From: an uncultured Chloroflexia bacterium
GTDB taxonomy: Bacteria; Chloroflexota; Limnocylindria; QHBO01
Assembly: GCA_963720505.1 (NCBI GenBank)
Contig: CAVRFT010000002.1
Coordinates: forward strand, 105,589 to 169,588
Length of the DNA: 64,000 nucleotides
Direction: 5' to 3'
Position 1 is the first letter of the stretch, and each line of letters opens with the position of its first letter. The position numbers and the translations under genes were made by a program. Positions 19,955 through 29,170 of this stretch are shown here, one piece after another. The notes below the pieces were generated by a model. It ran no database searches. It was given only the letters and a program-made list of their open reading frames with translations, and was not told the origin of the DNA.

Positions 19955-20395
19955 GCTCAGTTCGTCGACGGAGAATTCTATCTGCCAGTCCTGCCCTTTC
20001 AGCCAATACGATGGGAGGAAGACGTGCGGCTGATCAGCCACTTGGATCACATAGCGACCGAGATCAGGAAGATCGGTGACCTCCCAGAAGAACTTGCACC
20101 CGACCGGATGGAATTCATCCGGAGGAGTGATCCCCTCACTCAGCTGCCCTTCGCCAAGTAACTGTTGGGTCGGACTGGTCACCCGCACCAGGGCGCCTGG
20201 CGCGAGGTCCGCGTATTTTCCGGCTCCCACGCACGTCCCGTCTCCGAGGTCGGTGAAGTCTTCGCCGGCGGGCAGTTCGATGGTGAATGACCCAGTCATC
20301 GTGCGGCGCACCGGGGCCGGCGATTCCGCTGGCGTACACGCCACGAGCAGCACGACCACAGCCAGCCCGGCGCTGAATCGCTCGGTTGGCGTCAT
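19952..20395 (-). CDS. Putative lipoprotein (cargo of B4)
   Basis: MTPTERFSAGLAVVVLLVAC lipobox; CxGxGxYxDL motif; ATGA overlap with B4. Confidence 0.8.
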   Translation of the reverse strand: MTPTERFSAGLAVVVLLVACTPAESPAPVRRTMTGSFTIELPAGEDFTDLGDGTCVGAGKYADLAPGALVRVTSPTQQLLGEGQLSEGITPPDEFHPVGCKFFWEVTDLPDLGRYVIQVADQPHVFLPSYWLKGQDWQIEFSVDELS

Positions 20396-20616
20396 CCGGT
20401 GGTTGGCCCTCTCCGCTCCCGCAGCCGATCGCTGAGGCGCTGCAGAGCCAGGTACTCCCATCGCCCGACGCCACTGGCGTACTCCTCGAACGTCGGACCT
20501 TCGGCCACCGATACCAACTCTTCGCCGAACCGCCACACGCCGAGGATCTGCCAGCCCAGCGGCAGCGATGCCTCCGCACTGACCCAGGCCTACTAGAGGG
20601 CGCCCAGGGCCGCTCT
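20392..20616 (-). pseudogene. Repeat B copy 4 (start lost, TAGTAG at 20590-20595)
   Basis: ..ALGAL**AWVSAEASLPLGWQILGVWRFGEELVSVAEGPTFEEYASGVGRWEYLALQRLSDRLRERRGPTTG*; TACGAT upstream. Confidence 0.9.
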
Positions 20617-20699
20617 AACCCGGATCGTAGACCGGCGGTTGTTGCGCGACTAGGCTCCGCTCTGCGCGGCAGTCCGCCGCTTCGAGCAGGAGGGAACTC

Positions 20700-21114
20700 A
20701 TGACCGCTGAATCAACCCAAACCGCGCCGCGCTCGCGTCGCGCCCTGCTGGCCGGAGCCTTGGGCGGCCTCGGCGTCTGGGCGGCTTCAGCCATCGGACG
20801 CGCTGCCCCCGCTGAAGCCGCCGCCGGCGACCCGATCCGGATGGGTCGGATCAACCGGGCCGGCACCTCAACTACCGAACTGCAGTCTCAGACGAGCCAA
20901 CCAGTCTTCCGAGCGGTGCAGTATGGCCGGGGCTGCTTCGTGGGTCCAGTGGTCGTGGAGGGGCAGCTGCAAATGTTTGTGACCGGCACCCCCCCCCGCC
21001 GGGCACCTTCATCCTGAACAAGGCAATTCTCTTCTCCCGGCTCACCGGGGGAAGGTGGAACTCTGCGTTGCCCTTCCCAGCGGCCCGATCCAGGTGCTCG
21101 CGACAGAGCCATAG
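20700..21114 (+). CDS. Tat-exported protein, short paralog of 17795..18472 (homopolymer frameshifts near 20990 and 21050)
   Basis: PRSRRALLAGALGG..AAAGDP; C-terminus NKAILFSRL..ELCVALPSGPIQVLATEP matches NRARLFLRD..QLCVRFHNGAIRVLASS. Confidence 0.75.
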
Positions 21115-21189
21115 GAGGCTGGGGTCACCTGCACCGCCCGACCTTTGCGGGATCAGCAGCCGTCAACGTCGCCACGGCCCACGCGTGTA

Positions 21190-21262
21190 GGGCCGGGACC
21201 GAAATGAAGGTGATCAGGTAGAGGATGCCCGCGACGAGCGCGGTCTTGCGCATCGAGTCCAT
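21190..21262 (-). pseudogene. Truncated N-terminal fragment of a DUF4386-like membrane protein
   Basis: MDSMRKTALVAGILYLITFISVPAL followed by unrelated sequence. Confidence 0.55.
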
Positions 21263-21455
21263 TGGGACTCGCTTCGCGCCTTGTGAGTCAGACACAGCTG
21301 AACTCCTCTTGGACCTGCCGTCGTCCAGGTAGTGGGAGCTCAGATCCTGCCCGCGATGATTGCCCGGCAAGGAGGCCGCGTGTAGCTGGCTGAGACGAAA
21401 GTATCTCAGCGTTGCGCTCGGACACCGAACGATACGCGGAGCGCGACCGAAAAGA

Positions 21456-21510
21456 TAGGGGCGGCGGCGAGCCATCCGAGCTACAGATGGCCACGCTGGC
21501 ACGGAGCGGC
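21456..21510 (+). repeat. Repeat A copy 13 (internally deleted, abuts stop of 21511..21966)
   Basis: taggggcggcggcgagccatccgagctacagatggccacgctggcacggagcggc. Confidence 0.85.
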
Positions 21511-21966
21511 TCAAACGATGGCAGGCTCCTCGCCGGCGGTGAGTGCGACGACAGCTCGCTCCGCTGTCTTGCGGACTCTCGCGTTAGGGTCTTTCCGCAG
21601 TCGCTGCAGTCTCGGGAGGGCGCCGCGAACGTGATGACGGATTACCACCCGCGTCGCCATCTCCCGGACGCGCCAGGCATCATCGCCCAGAGCGGCGAGG
21701 ACCGACGGCGTCGCCTCGTCATCCCATACCCACAAGAGCCCACGCGCCGCCCACACCCGCAGCCAGTAGGTCGGGCCTGGCGGCTCATCGAAGCCAGCCG
21801 CCCAGCGAGCCGGCCGACCACCAAGCGCCAGGATCAGTCGCGGATCTGCCTCGCGACCCGCTAGCAGTGCGCGGCAGCCCTCCACCACCGCGGCCTTCCC
21901 CGCACGCTTGACTTCGGCCTCAACGCTTTTGCGTGGCGTCGTTCCCCACTTGGGCTTGGCAGACAC
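21511..21966 (-). CDS. HEAT-repeat domain protein, leaderless
   Basis: CATACT 6 nt before GTG; ALGDDAWRVREMA..DPNARVRKTA. Confidence 0.85.
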   Translation of the reverse strand: MSAKPKWGTTPRKSVEAEVKRAGKAAVVEGCRALLAGREADPRLILALGGRPARWAAGFDEPPGPTYWLRVWAARGLLWVWDDEATPSVLAALGDDAWRVREMATRVVIRHHVRGALPRLQRLRKDPNARVRKTAERAVVALTAGEEPAIV

Positions 21967-22017
21967 CGAGCGAGTATGCGTTGACGTGACGCCCGTGTGC
22001 GCGAAACCAATCTCAGC

Positions 22018-22041
22018 TAGGGCCGGCGAGGCCAGCCGCTC
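22018..22041 (+). repeat. Repeat A copy 14 (left half)
   Basis: tagggccggcgaggccagccgctc. Confidence 0.8.
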
Positions 22042-22191
22042 CTTATCGTGTCACTCCCGCGGCGTAGAGCAGCGGCGACGATGAATCACTTGCGGTTAGG
22101 GCATGCCGCTTGCTGAACTGAGTAGTGCCTGGGTCCGCGTCGGCCGTATGTGCGGTAAGACGTAATCCGTACTCCCAACGAAGAGATCTTG

Positions 22192-22693
22192 ATGGTAGGC
22201 AACGACACCAGAGTCCCGGCACATCCTGGTCGTGAACGACACGGAGGAGATCCTCGATCTGTTTCGCGACATCATTGAGAACCTGGGCCACCGCATGACG
22301 GCCTGGAGCTTCTCGCCTGACGATTTGGCCAAGGTCACGGAGATCCAGCCTGATCTGATCATCCTCGACATCATGCTCGGACCCACCGAGCTGCAGGGCT
22401 GGGCGCTGCTTCAAAAGATCAGGATGAGCCCGCCGACAGAAGACATTCCGGTGATAGTGTGCAGCGCCGCGACGCAGTGGGTGCGCGAGCAGGAGGGTTG
22501 GCTGGCGGCCAACGCCGTAAAGGTGGTCCTCAAGCCATTTAAGGTGGCCCATCTCGAACACGCAATCTCACAGGCCTTCGCCCTGCCCGACGTGACGGCT
22601 TCGGCAGCGATGGTCGACGGTGGGATCCGCGACACGGGAACGGTTTCCGCGGACTCGTCACGTGGTGGCAACGCGGCGAAGGAGCCGAATTAG
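22192..22693 (+). CDS. Single-domain response regulator (start uncertain)
   Basis: HILVVND..PDLIILDIML..IPVIVCSA..KPF. Confidence 0.85.
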
Positions 22694-22965
22694 TCCGCTT
22701 CCTCGGCTTGATCTCTAGCGGTAAGACCATTCACCGCAGTTCTGCCCCTTGCCAATAGCGCTAATAGTTCAAGGTCGGCCTCGGATTGGATTTCGATAGC
22801 GACGGCGTCGAGCAACGCCGAGGACCGCTGCGCGAGATCTTCGAGGTCCCGACCCTGCTTCCGCCGCGCTTCGGCACCTACGATCGCCACGATCAATCGC
22901 AGCTGAAGCTTGACCCGCCGACGGTCCACGTCGTCCCCCGGTGCGTGAGCCGGCTCCCATCGCAA
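22690..22965 (-). CDS. Hypothetical helical protein
   Basis: 91-aa ORF convergent with the regulator. Confidence 0.45.
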   Translation of the reverse strand: MRWEPAHAPGDDVDRRRVKLQLRLIVAIVGAEARRKQGRDLEDLAQRSSALLDAVAIEIQSEADLELLALLARGRTAVNGLTARDQAEEAD

Positions 22966-23291
22966 GCCGCGTGCCGGTTGCTAGGGACTCGGGACGTCAG
23001 CTGCACTCGATGCTGCTACCGCACGCTCAGACGATCTTTCCGAGACGTTTAGCGAAGGGGAAAGTGGCGGACAGGTTCTGCCAGGACCGCGCCGTCTCTG
23101 GCTCAGCGAGCGGCCCACGTCGGCGCCCGCGGCATGCTCCACCGGTTGGCACGCGAGTTGCCTTACCCCGCGTCGGCGAGGGCCTTGAAGCCAGGCCATC
23201 GAGTCGCCGCCACGCAGACAGGGGAACCAGAGTGAGGGATCGCGGTAGAGAGGCGTCGCCTCGGGAGGGACGGCTTTGCGACGCCGTGGCG

Positions 23292-23498
23292 ATGGTGGAA
23301 TGGACCGAGGGCTGGGAAATCCAAGAATCGGACCATGGATCCGAGCTTGTATTCCACCATCACCAGGATGGTCCGTATCGCGCCTCGTTTCGGACCGATG
23401 GATGGGGCACTCGGACAGCCCGATGCTCGGCATGTGGACTGACTTATTCCTGGCACTCCAGCGAAGGCGTGAGTTTTGCTAAGGAAGCGCGGCCATAG
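23292..23498 (+). CDS. Small hypothetical protein with HHH and CxxC
   Basis: GGAGG upstream; FHHHQDG..CSACG. Confidence 0.55.
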   Translation: MVEWTEGWEIQESDHGSELVFHHHQDGPYRASFRTDGWGTRTARCSACGLTYSWHSSEGVSFAKEARP

Positions 23499-23554
23499 CT
23501 CAGTCTCGTGTGGCTTCGCTGTGAGCGGGCACGGCGGATGCAGATTCAGCGCTC

Positions 23555-23935
23555 ATGGCTATCGTCCTTGTCGTCAACGACGATCGTGACATGCTCGAGG
23601 TGTACGAAGCACTCCTCGCCGAGATGGGCCATCGTGCCGTGCCGCGCCTGGAACTCGATCCCAATCCGGAAGAGGTCCTAAAGGCGCGTGCCGATGCCCT
23701 GGTAATCGACCTCCAAGCCGGGGCGCACCCCGTAGCGGGCCTCAAGGTCATCGAGGCGCTGCGGAGCAATCCGGCGACGCAGAAGATTCCGATCGTCCTT
23801 AGCACAGGCGCTGCGAACGAGGTCAAGCCGCTCCTGAACCGTCTATCGAAGCTCGACGTGCCCGTGCTGATCAAGCCCTTCGCCACGGACGAGTTCAAAA
23901 ACGTGGTCGGGCGCGTGCTGCCACCCGGCACCTAA
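23555..23935 (+). CDS. Single-domain response regulator
   Basis: VLVVNDD..ALVIDL..IPIVLSTG..KPF. Confidence 0.85.
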   Translation: MAIVLVVNDDRDMLEVYEALLAEMGHRAVPRLELDPNPEEVLKARADALVIDLQAGAHPVAGLKVIEALRSNPATQKIPIVLSTGAANEVKPLLNRLSKLDVPVLIKPFATDEFKNVVGRVLPPGT

Positions 23936-24267
23936 TTCTCACCGGGTGGCAGGGCGCCGACCCCATTCGGCCCTTCCAGGTGAAGGCCCGAAGCGAATGC
24001 CTTCAGCGGCTCGGCCTCAGTCCGCGCCATTTGCACCAGGCGTGGCACCTAGGAGGCGGCCCAGCCGAAGGGCGCGTTTTCGATTAGCAACTACCTATTG
24101 CCCCGACCCGAGGTGTTCTGCATCCGGACCCAAACGATGCCGCCCATCACGACGAACTCCGCTCCGGCCATTCTGTCGGGTGTCGGAACGGTTTAGCGTG
24201 GGCTTGCTCGCTTTACGGTGGGGCGGGCACCGGCTCACACTGCGGGGAGGGACCGGGAGGGCCTGCC

Positions 24268-25198
24268 ATGCAGAAGACCACCGCGTTGCTCGCTGCCGTT
24301 GTCCTGTGCGTGTCGGCTGCAATTTCGCTCTCTGCGTTGCGGCCCGCCCTCGCCCTCGCTGCCCCCGATCCGCTGACCTGTGCCGGCTACGCGGAGCCAC
24401 GCGTGTTCCTCGAGGCTCAGTCGTGGTGGACCCAGGGTCCCGGCCAGCCGGACCAGCACCTCCACATGGGGACCTGCTTCCCGCTCAATCAGACTGTCAG
24501 CGGCCTTGTGGCGTTCGATGTCCGCCTCATGAAGCATGGGGCGCTGGGACGGACCAACTTCTTCACCATCCACGACGAAACCGAAATTGAATGCCACCGT
24601 TCCTACCCGCAGGTCGCGAGCGCGGATCCGGATGGCATGCTCATCACGCACGTCATGGTGGATACGACGCTGCTTCAAGGACGGCTACCGCGGCCTGATC
24701 TTCAACTGGACGGTCAAGCAACCGAATGGCAACCGCTTCATCGTGCGCCAACGTCTCGGCCTTGACATCGAGAACGGCAAGCCGGACACCAACTGGAATG
24801 CCAACGAGTTGATGGGCGGTTCGTCCTTCGAAGAGCCCGGCAAGATCGACTGGCACTACGCCCAAGCCATGATTCGAGGCGGCCAGGGGAAGACATCGGC
24901 CTACTCGATGGCGCCGCGCTCGGGCAAGTTCACCCTGGCGCTCAAGGCCACGCCCGGCCCAATGCCCGGCTTCACCGAGCGCAGCTTCGTCGGAACCATC
25001 GATCCTGACTTCCACAACGGAAACCCCGGCACCGAAATCCTTCGCGTGGCAGGTGGCTATCAGGGCCCGCTGACGATCGACACCACGGCCTTTGCGAACG
25101 GGGTGCACCGGCTTGTCCTGATCGAGTGCCATGAGATCGTCTCGCAGGGCAAGGTCCTCTGCGGTGTGCTGGCCGTGCCCTTCATCGTCCAGAACTAA
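24268..25198 (+). CDS. Secreted hypothetical protein (frameshift near 24675)
   Basis: Signal peptide ending ALA; CAGYAEPRVFLEAQSWW; two (I/V)DTTxFxxG repeats. Confidence 0.75.
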
Positions 25199-25340
25199 CC
25201 GGTCCCGCTGGCGTCGTCATCAAGGCCGGACCTTCGGGTGTACCGTCCCTAGTCAACGAAGGACAGCGCACTTGGGAACCCGCCGATGATGGTTGTCGGC
25301 GAGTTCTCGACACCGATCCGCACCGCCAGAGGAACACTCG

Positions 25341-26454
25341 ATGTCGCGCTTCCGTCTCGCCACGTTCGCCACCCTCGCGCTGTGCCTGACCGCGATGCTG
25401 CCCGCGCCGGTCCTGGCAGCCGCGCCGAAGCTGGGAACTGGCGTCGTCCAGCATGGACTGACCATCCCTTGGGACGTGGCCTTCGCGCCGGGCGGCCAGA
25501 TGTTCGTCACCGAGCGACCGGGTCGGGTGCGCGTCTTCCAGAGCGGCAAGCCCAATGCGCCGTTGCTGGGCACTTCGACCATCCCTCGGGTGCATGCGGA
25601 CGGCGAGGCCGGCGCGATGGGCATCGCCCTCGATCCCCATTTCGCAGTGAGTCGCTTCGCGTATGTCTGCGCCTCGCGCCAGGTCCAGGGTCAGTGGCGC
25701 AACCAGGTGATCAAGTACCACGTCAACCGCCGGTGGAAGCTGGACTTCCAGCGCTTCATCATCCGGTTGGGTATGCACGCGGCCGCCAGCCACAACGGCT
25801 GCGCCGTGCAGGTCGGGCCGGATAACAAGCTGTGGGTGACCATGGGCGACGCCGGCCACGCCAAGTGGGCCCAGATTCCGAATCGGCGCAACGGCAAGGT
25901 GCTCCGTGTCAACCTGGACGGGAGCGTGCCGGCCAGCAACCCGATCTGGCCGGGCAACAGCGCGCCCGACCATCGTGTACTCGATCGGGCATCGCAACCC
26001 GCAGGGCATCACCTTCGAGCCGATCACCCATCGCGCGTATGCGGCCGAGCACGGTCCCGACCGCGACGACGAGATCAACTGGATCCGGCCGGGCCGCAAC
26101 TATGGCTGGCCGTGCGTCACCGGGATGAATCACGTGAATACGGGCTGCGCCGGGACCTTCTCGCTTCCGGCATGGTCGTCCGAGGGCCCGACCCTGGCCA
26201 CCTCCGGCGCCACCTTCGTGAACAACGCGAACTGGGAGAGCTGGAACAAGAGCCTGTTCGTGTCGACGCTGAAGGAGTCGGACCTGCGGCGCTTCAGGGT
26301 CAAGGCCGATACCTGGAAGCTCACGATGCGCGACACGTTGTTCAACATGCGCTGGGGTCGCCTGCGGGCGGCGGTGATGGGCCCGTTTGGCAAGCTCTAC
26401 CTGACCACCTCAAATGGCAACAACGACAAGGTCGTGCGCATCACCCCGAACTGA
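25341..26454 (+). CDS. PQQ-dependent sugar dehydrogenase (GSDH/YliI family), frameshift near 25960
   Basis: PWDVAFAP..VTERPG, HNG, GDAG, GHRNPQG, EHGP, GRNYGWP, GRLR. Confidence 0.9.
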
Positions 26455-26521
26455 CCGGGCTCCAAGGCGGCTCACGCTAGGCCCCCAGCTAAGCGTCGAG
26501 GGCTGCCATCGGCACGGATTT

Positions 26522-26590
26522 GGGGCCGGCGCCGCCAGCCGCTCGCCATCCGAGGTACAGATGGCCACGCTGCCACGGAGCGTCGGCCCT
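26522..26590 (+). repeat. Repeat A copy 15 (full)
   Basis: ggggccggcgccgccagccgctcgccatccgaggtacagatggccacgctgccacggagcgtcggccct. Confidence 0.95.
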
Positions 26591-26841
26591 AGGCGATTCT
26601 GGCGGTGCCCGTTGGTCGACCGATTGCTGCGATTGAAGGATCGCCGCCGCGGCGGCCCCATACGTCGTAGAGGCGGTCGCTTTGGCTGCCAACGTGGAGG
26701 GTGGTTGTGGCTGAGCACCAGCAGCAGAAGTCGCCAATGCGCACCTCGACTCCAGCGACCTTATCGGCCGTGGGCGCGCTGGTCCCTGCCGGCCGTGGCC
26801 GGACGAAGGGAAAGCGTATGCTCGCTGAGGCGCGCTCCGTG

Positions 26842-28029
26842 ATGAGACGCCCAGCCATCGATAACCGTCTCGCTATCGTGGTGGCCCTTGGGCTGTGCGT
26901 CACCGCATGTGGAGGCGACCGTGGGCTCTCCCCGACGAGCTCCACCGCAGTCCCCACCGAGACCACGCAGACTGCTAGCGACAGAGGCCCTCTGATCCTG
27001 TTCGGCCGCGCCATGCCTGGGAGCGATCAGTTCGAGACCTTCATCATCGGCGTCAACGGGGACCCGCCAGAGACCGGGCTGACCGACGTGACTGAATGCT
27101 GTCCGTCCTGGTCACCGGACGGAACGATCATCATGGTGCCGGACACGCAGGCCTCATCACGTGTGCTTCCAGCCACCGTCAACGCCGATGGCACCGGCTA
27201 TGAGGTCTACAAGATCGGGCCGCCGACCTTGAACCTCGGACCGGGCGGTTGGTCGCCTGACGGGAACAAGATCGTGTTCGAGGGATGGGATGACACAGAC
27301 CCGAGCCGCACTGGTGTCTATGTGAGTGAGGGGTTCACGCTGAGCGGGGCAGCGCCAGTCCAGATCACGCAAGCCCCCGTGCACGATATTCCGTTCGAGT
27401 GGTCGCCGGATGGAACGCGCCTTCTCCTGATTCAGGGGACGCGCTGCGGCGAGGTCGACTGCAACGGGGGCGACCTGTACGTGGTGAACTCCGACGGTTC
27501 TGGCCTGACTCGGCTCAACCCCGAAGGCACGTTCGTTTCATGCTGCGCGCCGGCAAGCTGGTCACCCGACGGCACGCAAGTCGCCTTCGGTGCGCCCATC
27601 CTCGATGATGCCGGAGCCGCCGACTTCACCACCTCCGCCGTCTACGTGGCCCAGGCGGACGGCTCCGGGGTGGAGGCCATCACCGAGCCGGGCGCGTTCA
27701 CGGAGGCTGCCGAGTGGTCTCCCGATGGCGACTGGATCGTTTTCAACAAGAAGAGTGGCCCCATCGGCGTGAAGGGCAGTGATCTGTATCTGATTCATCC
27801 GGACGGCAGCGGACTGAAGGCCATAACCACCGCGGGAGCAGCCGGCAAGAGCGATCAGGGCGGAGCTGTCTGGTCGCCCGACGGAACTCGCCTGCTGTTC
27901 ACTTCCATACCGGGTGGCCCGGATCAAGGGCAGGATCTGTGGATCGTCGACGTCGACGGGACAGGCCTCACCCAACTAACTGACACGCCGGCACAGGTAT
28001 TCGGGTACAGCTGGCAGCCAGGGAACTGA
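26842..28029 (+). CDS. TolB-like (PD40 repeat) lipoprotein
   Basis: Lipobox CVTAC; six WSPDG repeats. Confidence 0.9.
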   Translation: MRRPAIDNRLAIVVALGLCVTACGGDRGLSPTSSTAVPTETTQTASDRGPLILFGRAMPGSDQFETFIIGVNGDPPETGLTDVTECCPSWSPDGTIIMVPDTQASSRVLPATVNADGTGYEVYKIGPPTLNLGPGGWSPDGNKIVFEGWDDTDPSRTGVYVSEGFTLSGAAPVQITQAPVHDIPFEWSPDGTRLLLIQGTRCGEVDCNGGDLYVVNSDGSGLTRLNPEGTFVSCCAPASWSPDGTQVAFGAPILDDAGAADFTTSAVYVAQADGSGVEAITEPGAFTEAAEWSPDGDWIVFNKKSGPIGVKGSDLYLIHPDGSGLKAITTAGAAGKSDQGGAVWSPDGTRLLFTSIPGGPDQGQDLWIVDVDGTGLTQLTDTPAQVFGYSWQPGN

Positions 28030-28068
28030 GCGAGCGGTTGTCCGACATCAAGTAGGCTAGTTTGCTAA

Positions 28069-28136
28069 GGGGCCGGCGACGCCAGCCGCTCGCCATCCGA
28101 GGTACAGATGGCCACGCTGCCACGGAGCGCCGGCCC
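28069..28136 (+). repeat. Repeat A copy 16 (full, consensus-like)
   Basis: ggggccggcgacgccagccgctcgccatccgaggtacagatggccacgctgccacggagcgccggccc. Confidence 0.95.
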
Positions 28137-28235
28137 GGAGGCGATCCTGGTGGTCGCCCGTCATCGGCGCCTATCCAACGCTTTCGCAGGTCGCGCTATT
28201 AGGCATGACCGACTCCCGCCGCTAGCGCGGCCCCG

Positions 28236-28682
28236 CTACCGGTTCCGGCGCCATATCGCGAAGTTGAGCGCCGTCGCAAAGCTGACCCAGCCCAGGTACG
28301 GGAGGAGCAGGACACCTGCGACGGGCCGTCGTGAGAAGAACGCCGCCACGGTCCCGACAAGGGCAACCCACAGCAGGACGATGTTGATGAGCGCTAGCCC
28401 CGGTGCCCGGAGGCCGAAAAAGACGGGGGTCCACGTGGCGTTCAGCGCCAGCTGCGCACTCCAGAGCGCCAACGGTGTGCGAGATGCCGAGCCGCCCTTG
28501 CCTGCGACGAGCCACGCCGCGATGCCCATGAGCGCGTACAGGACCGTCCATACGGGGCCGAAGAGCCACCCCGGCGGTGCCCAGGACGGCTTCTCAAGAC
28601 GAGCGTAGTACTCGGGCGCAGGAAACCGGTAGCCAATCACAGCCGGCACGAAGGCGAGGACGAGCCAGCGAAGGAGTCGCAT
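28236..28682 (-). CDS. tspO: TspO/MBR tryptophan-rich sensory protein
   Basis: LEKPSWAPPGWLFGPVWTVLY..QLALNATWTPVFF..PYLGWVSFATALN. Confidence 0.93.
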   Translation of the reverse strand: MRLLRWLVLAFVPAVIGYRFPAPEYYARLEKPSWAPPGWLFGPVWTVLYALMGIAAWLVAGKGGSASRTPLALWSAQLALNATWTPVFFGLRAPGLALINIVLLWVALVGTVAAFFSRRPVAGVLLLPYLGWVSFATALNFAIWRRNR

Positions 28683-28724
28683 GGCGGCGTGCGCTTGCAC
28701 ATCGAGTGCCTGAACGACACAAGT

Positions 28725-28782
28725 CCGATGCCAGCCGCTCACTATCACGGTGGATGGTCACGCTGTCACAGAGCGCCGGCCC
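28725..28782 (+). repeat. Repeat A copy 17 (divergent)
   Basis: ccgatgccagccgctcactatcacggtggatggtcacgctgtcacagagcgccggccc. Confidence 0.85.
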
Positions 28783-28920
28783 GACCGGACCATACGCGGC
28801 GGTACTTATTCACGGCTTACCAGGCAGATCAGGACCTTCGTAGCATGCCGTCAGGTCGGCGGGGCGGGCTGCGCGTTTCCCCAGGGGGCCCGCTGGCTCC
28901 CTCCCTGGAAGGGGTAAGGC

Positions 28921-29136
28921 ATGCAACCCAGCTCGCACGACTTCGCGCAGCTACTCTCGATCGCCGGACTCATCGGCGCGACGATCGAATATGCAGAGAT
29001 CATCAAGCGGCGCGGGATCAGTCGAAGGGCAGACGCGCTCCGCGAGGAGAGTGCTGACCTCGGGCTGCGTGGCCTCGTGCGCGTGCTGCTCGCCGACGCT
29101 GAGCCAGACCCAGCCAGCATGGAGCCGCAGACCTAG
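28921..29136 (+). CDS. Small hypothetical protein
   Basis: 71-aa ORF with purine-rich RBS. Confidence 0.5.
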   Translation: MQPSSHDFAQLLSIAGLIGATIEYAEIIKRRGISRRADALREESADLGLRGLVRVLLADAEPDPASMEPQT

Positions 29137-29170
29137 TTCGGACCGTTAGGCATCGCTGCACACTGACGGT

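Noticed and set aside
13148-26737. ORFs sharing PWQRGHLYLGWRAAG / MASGWRRR / QMATLPRS peptides
   Set aside because: These are translations through repeat A. Copies have frame-breaking indels and no consistent start or stop.
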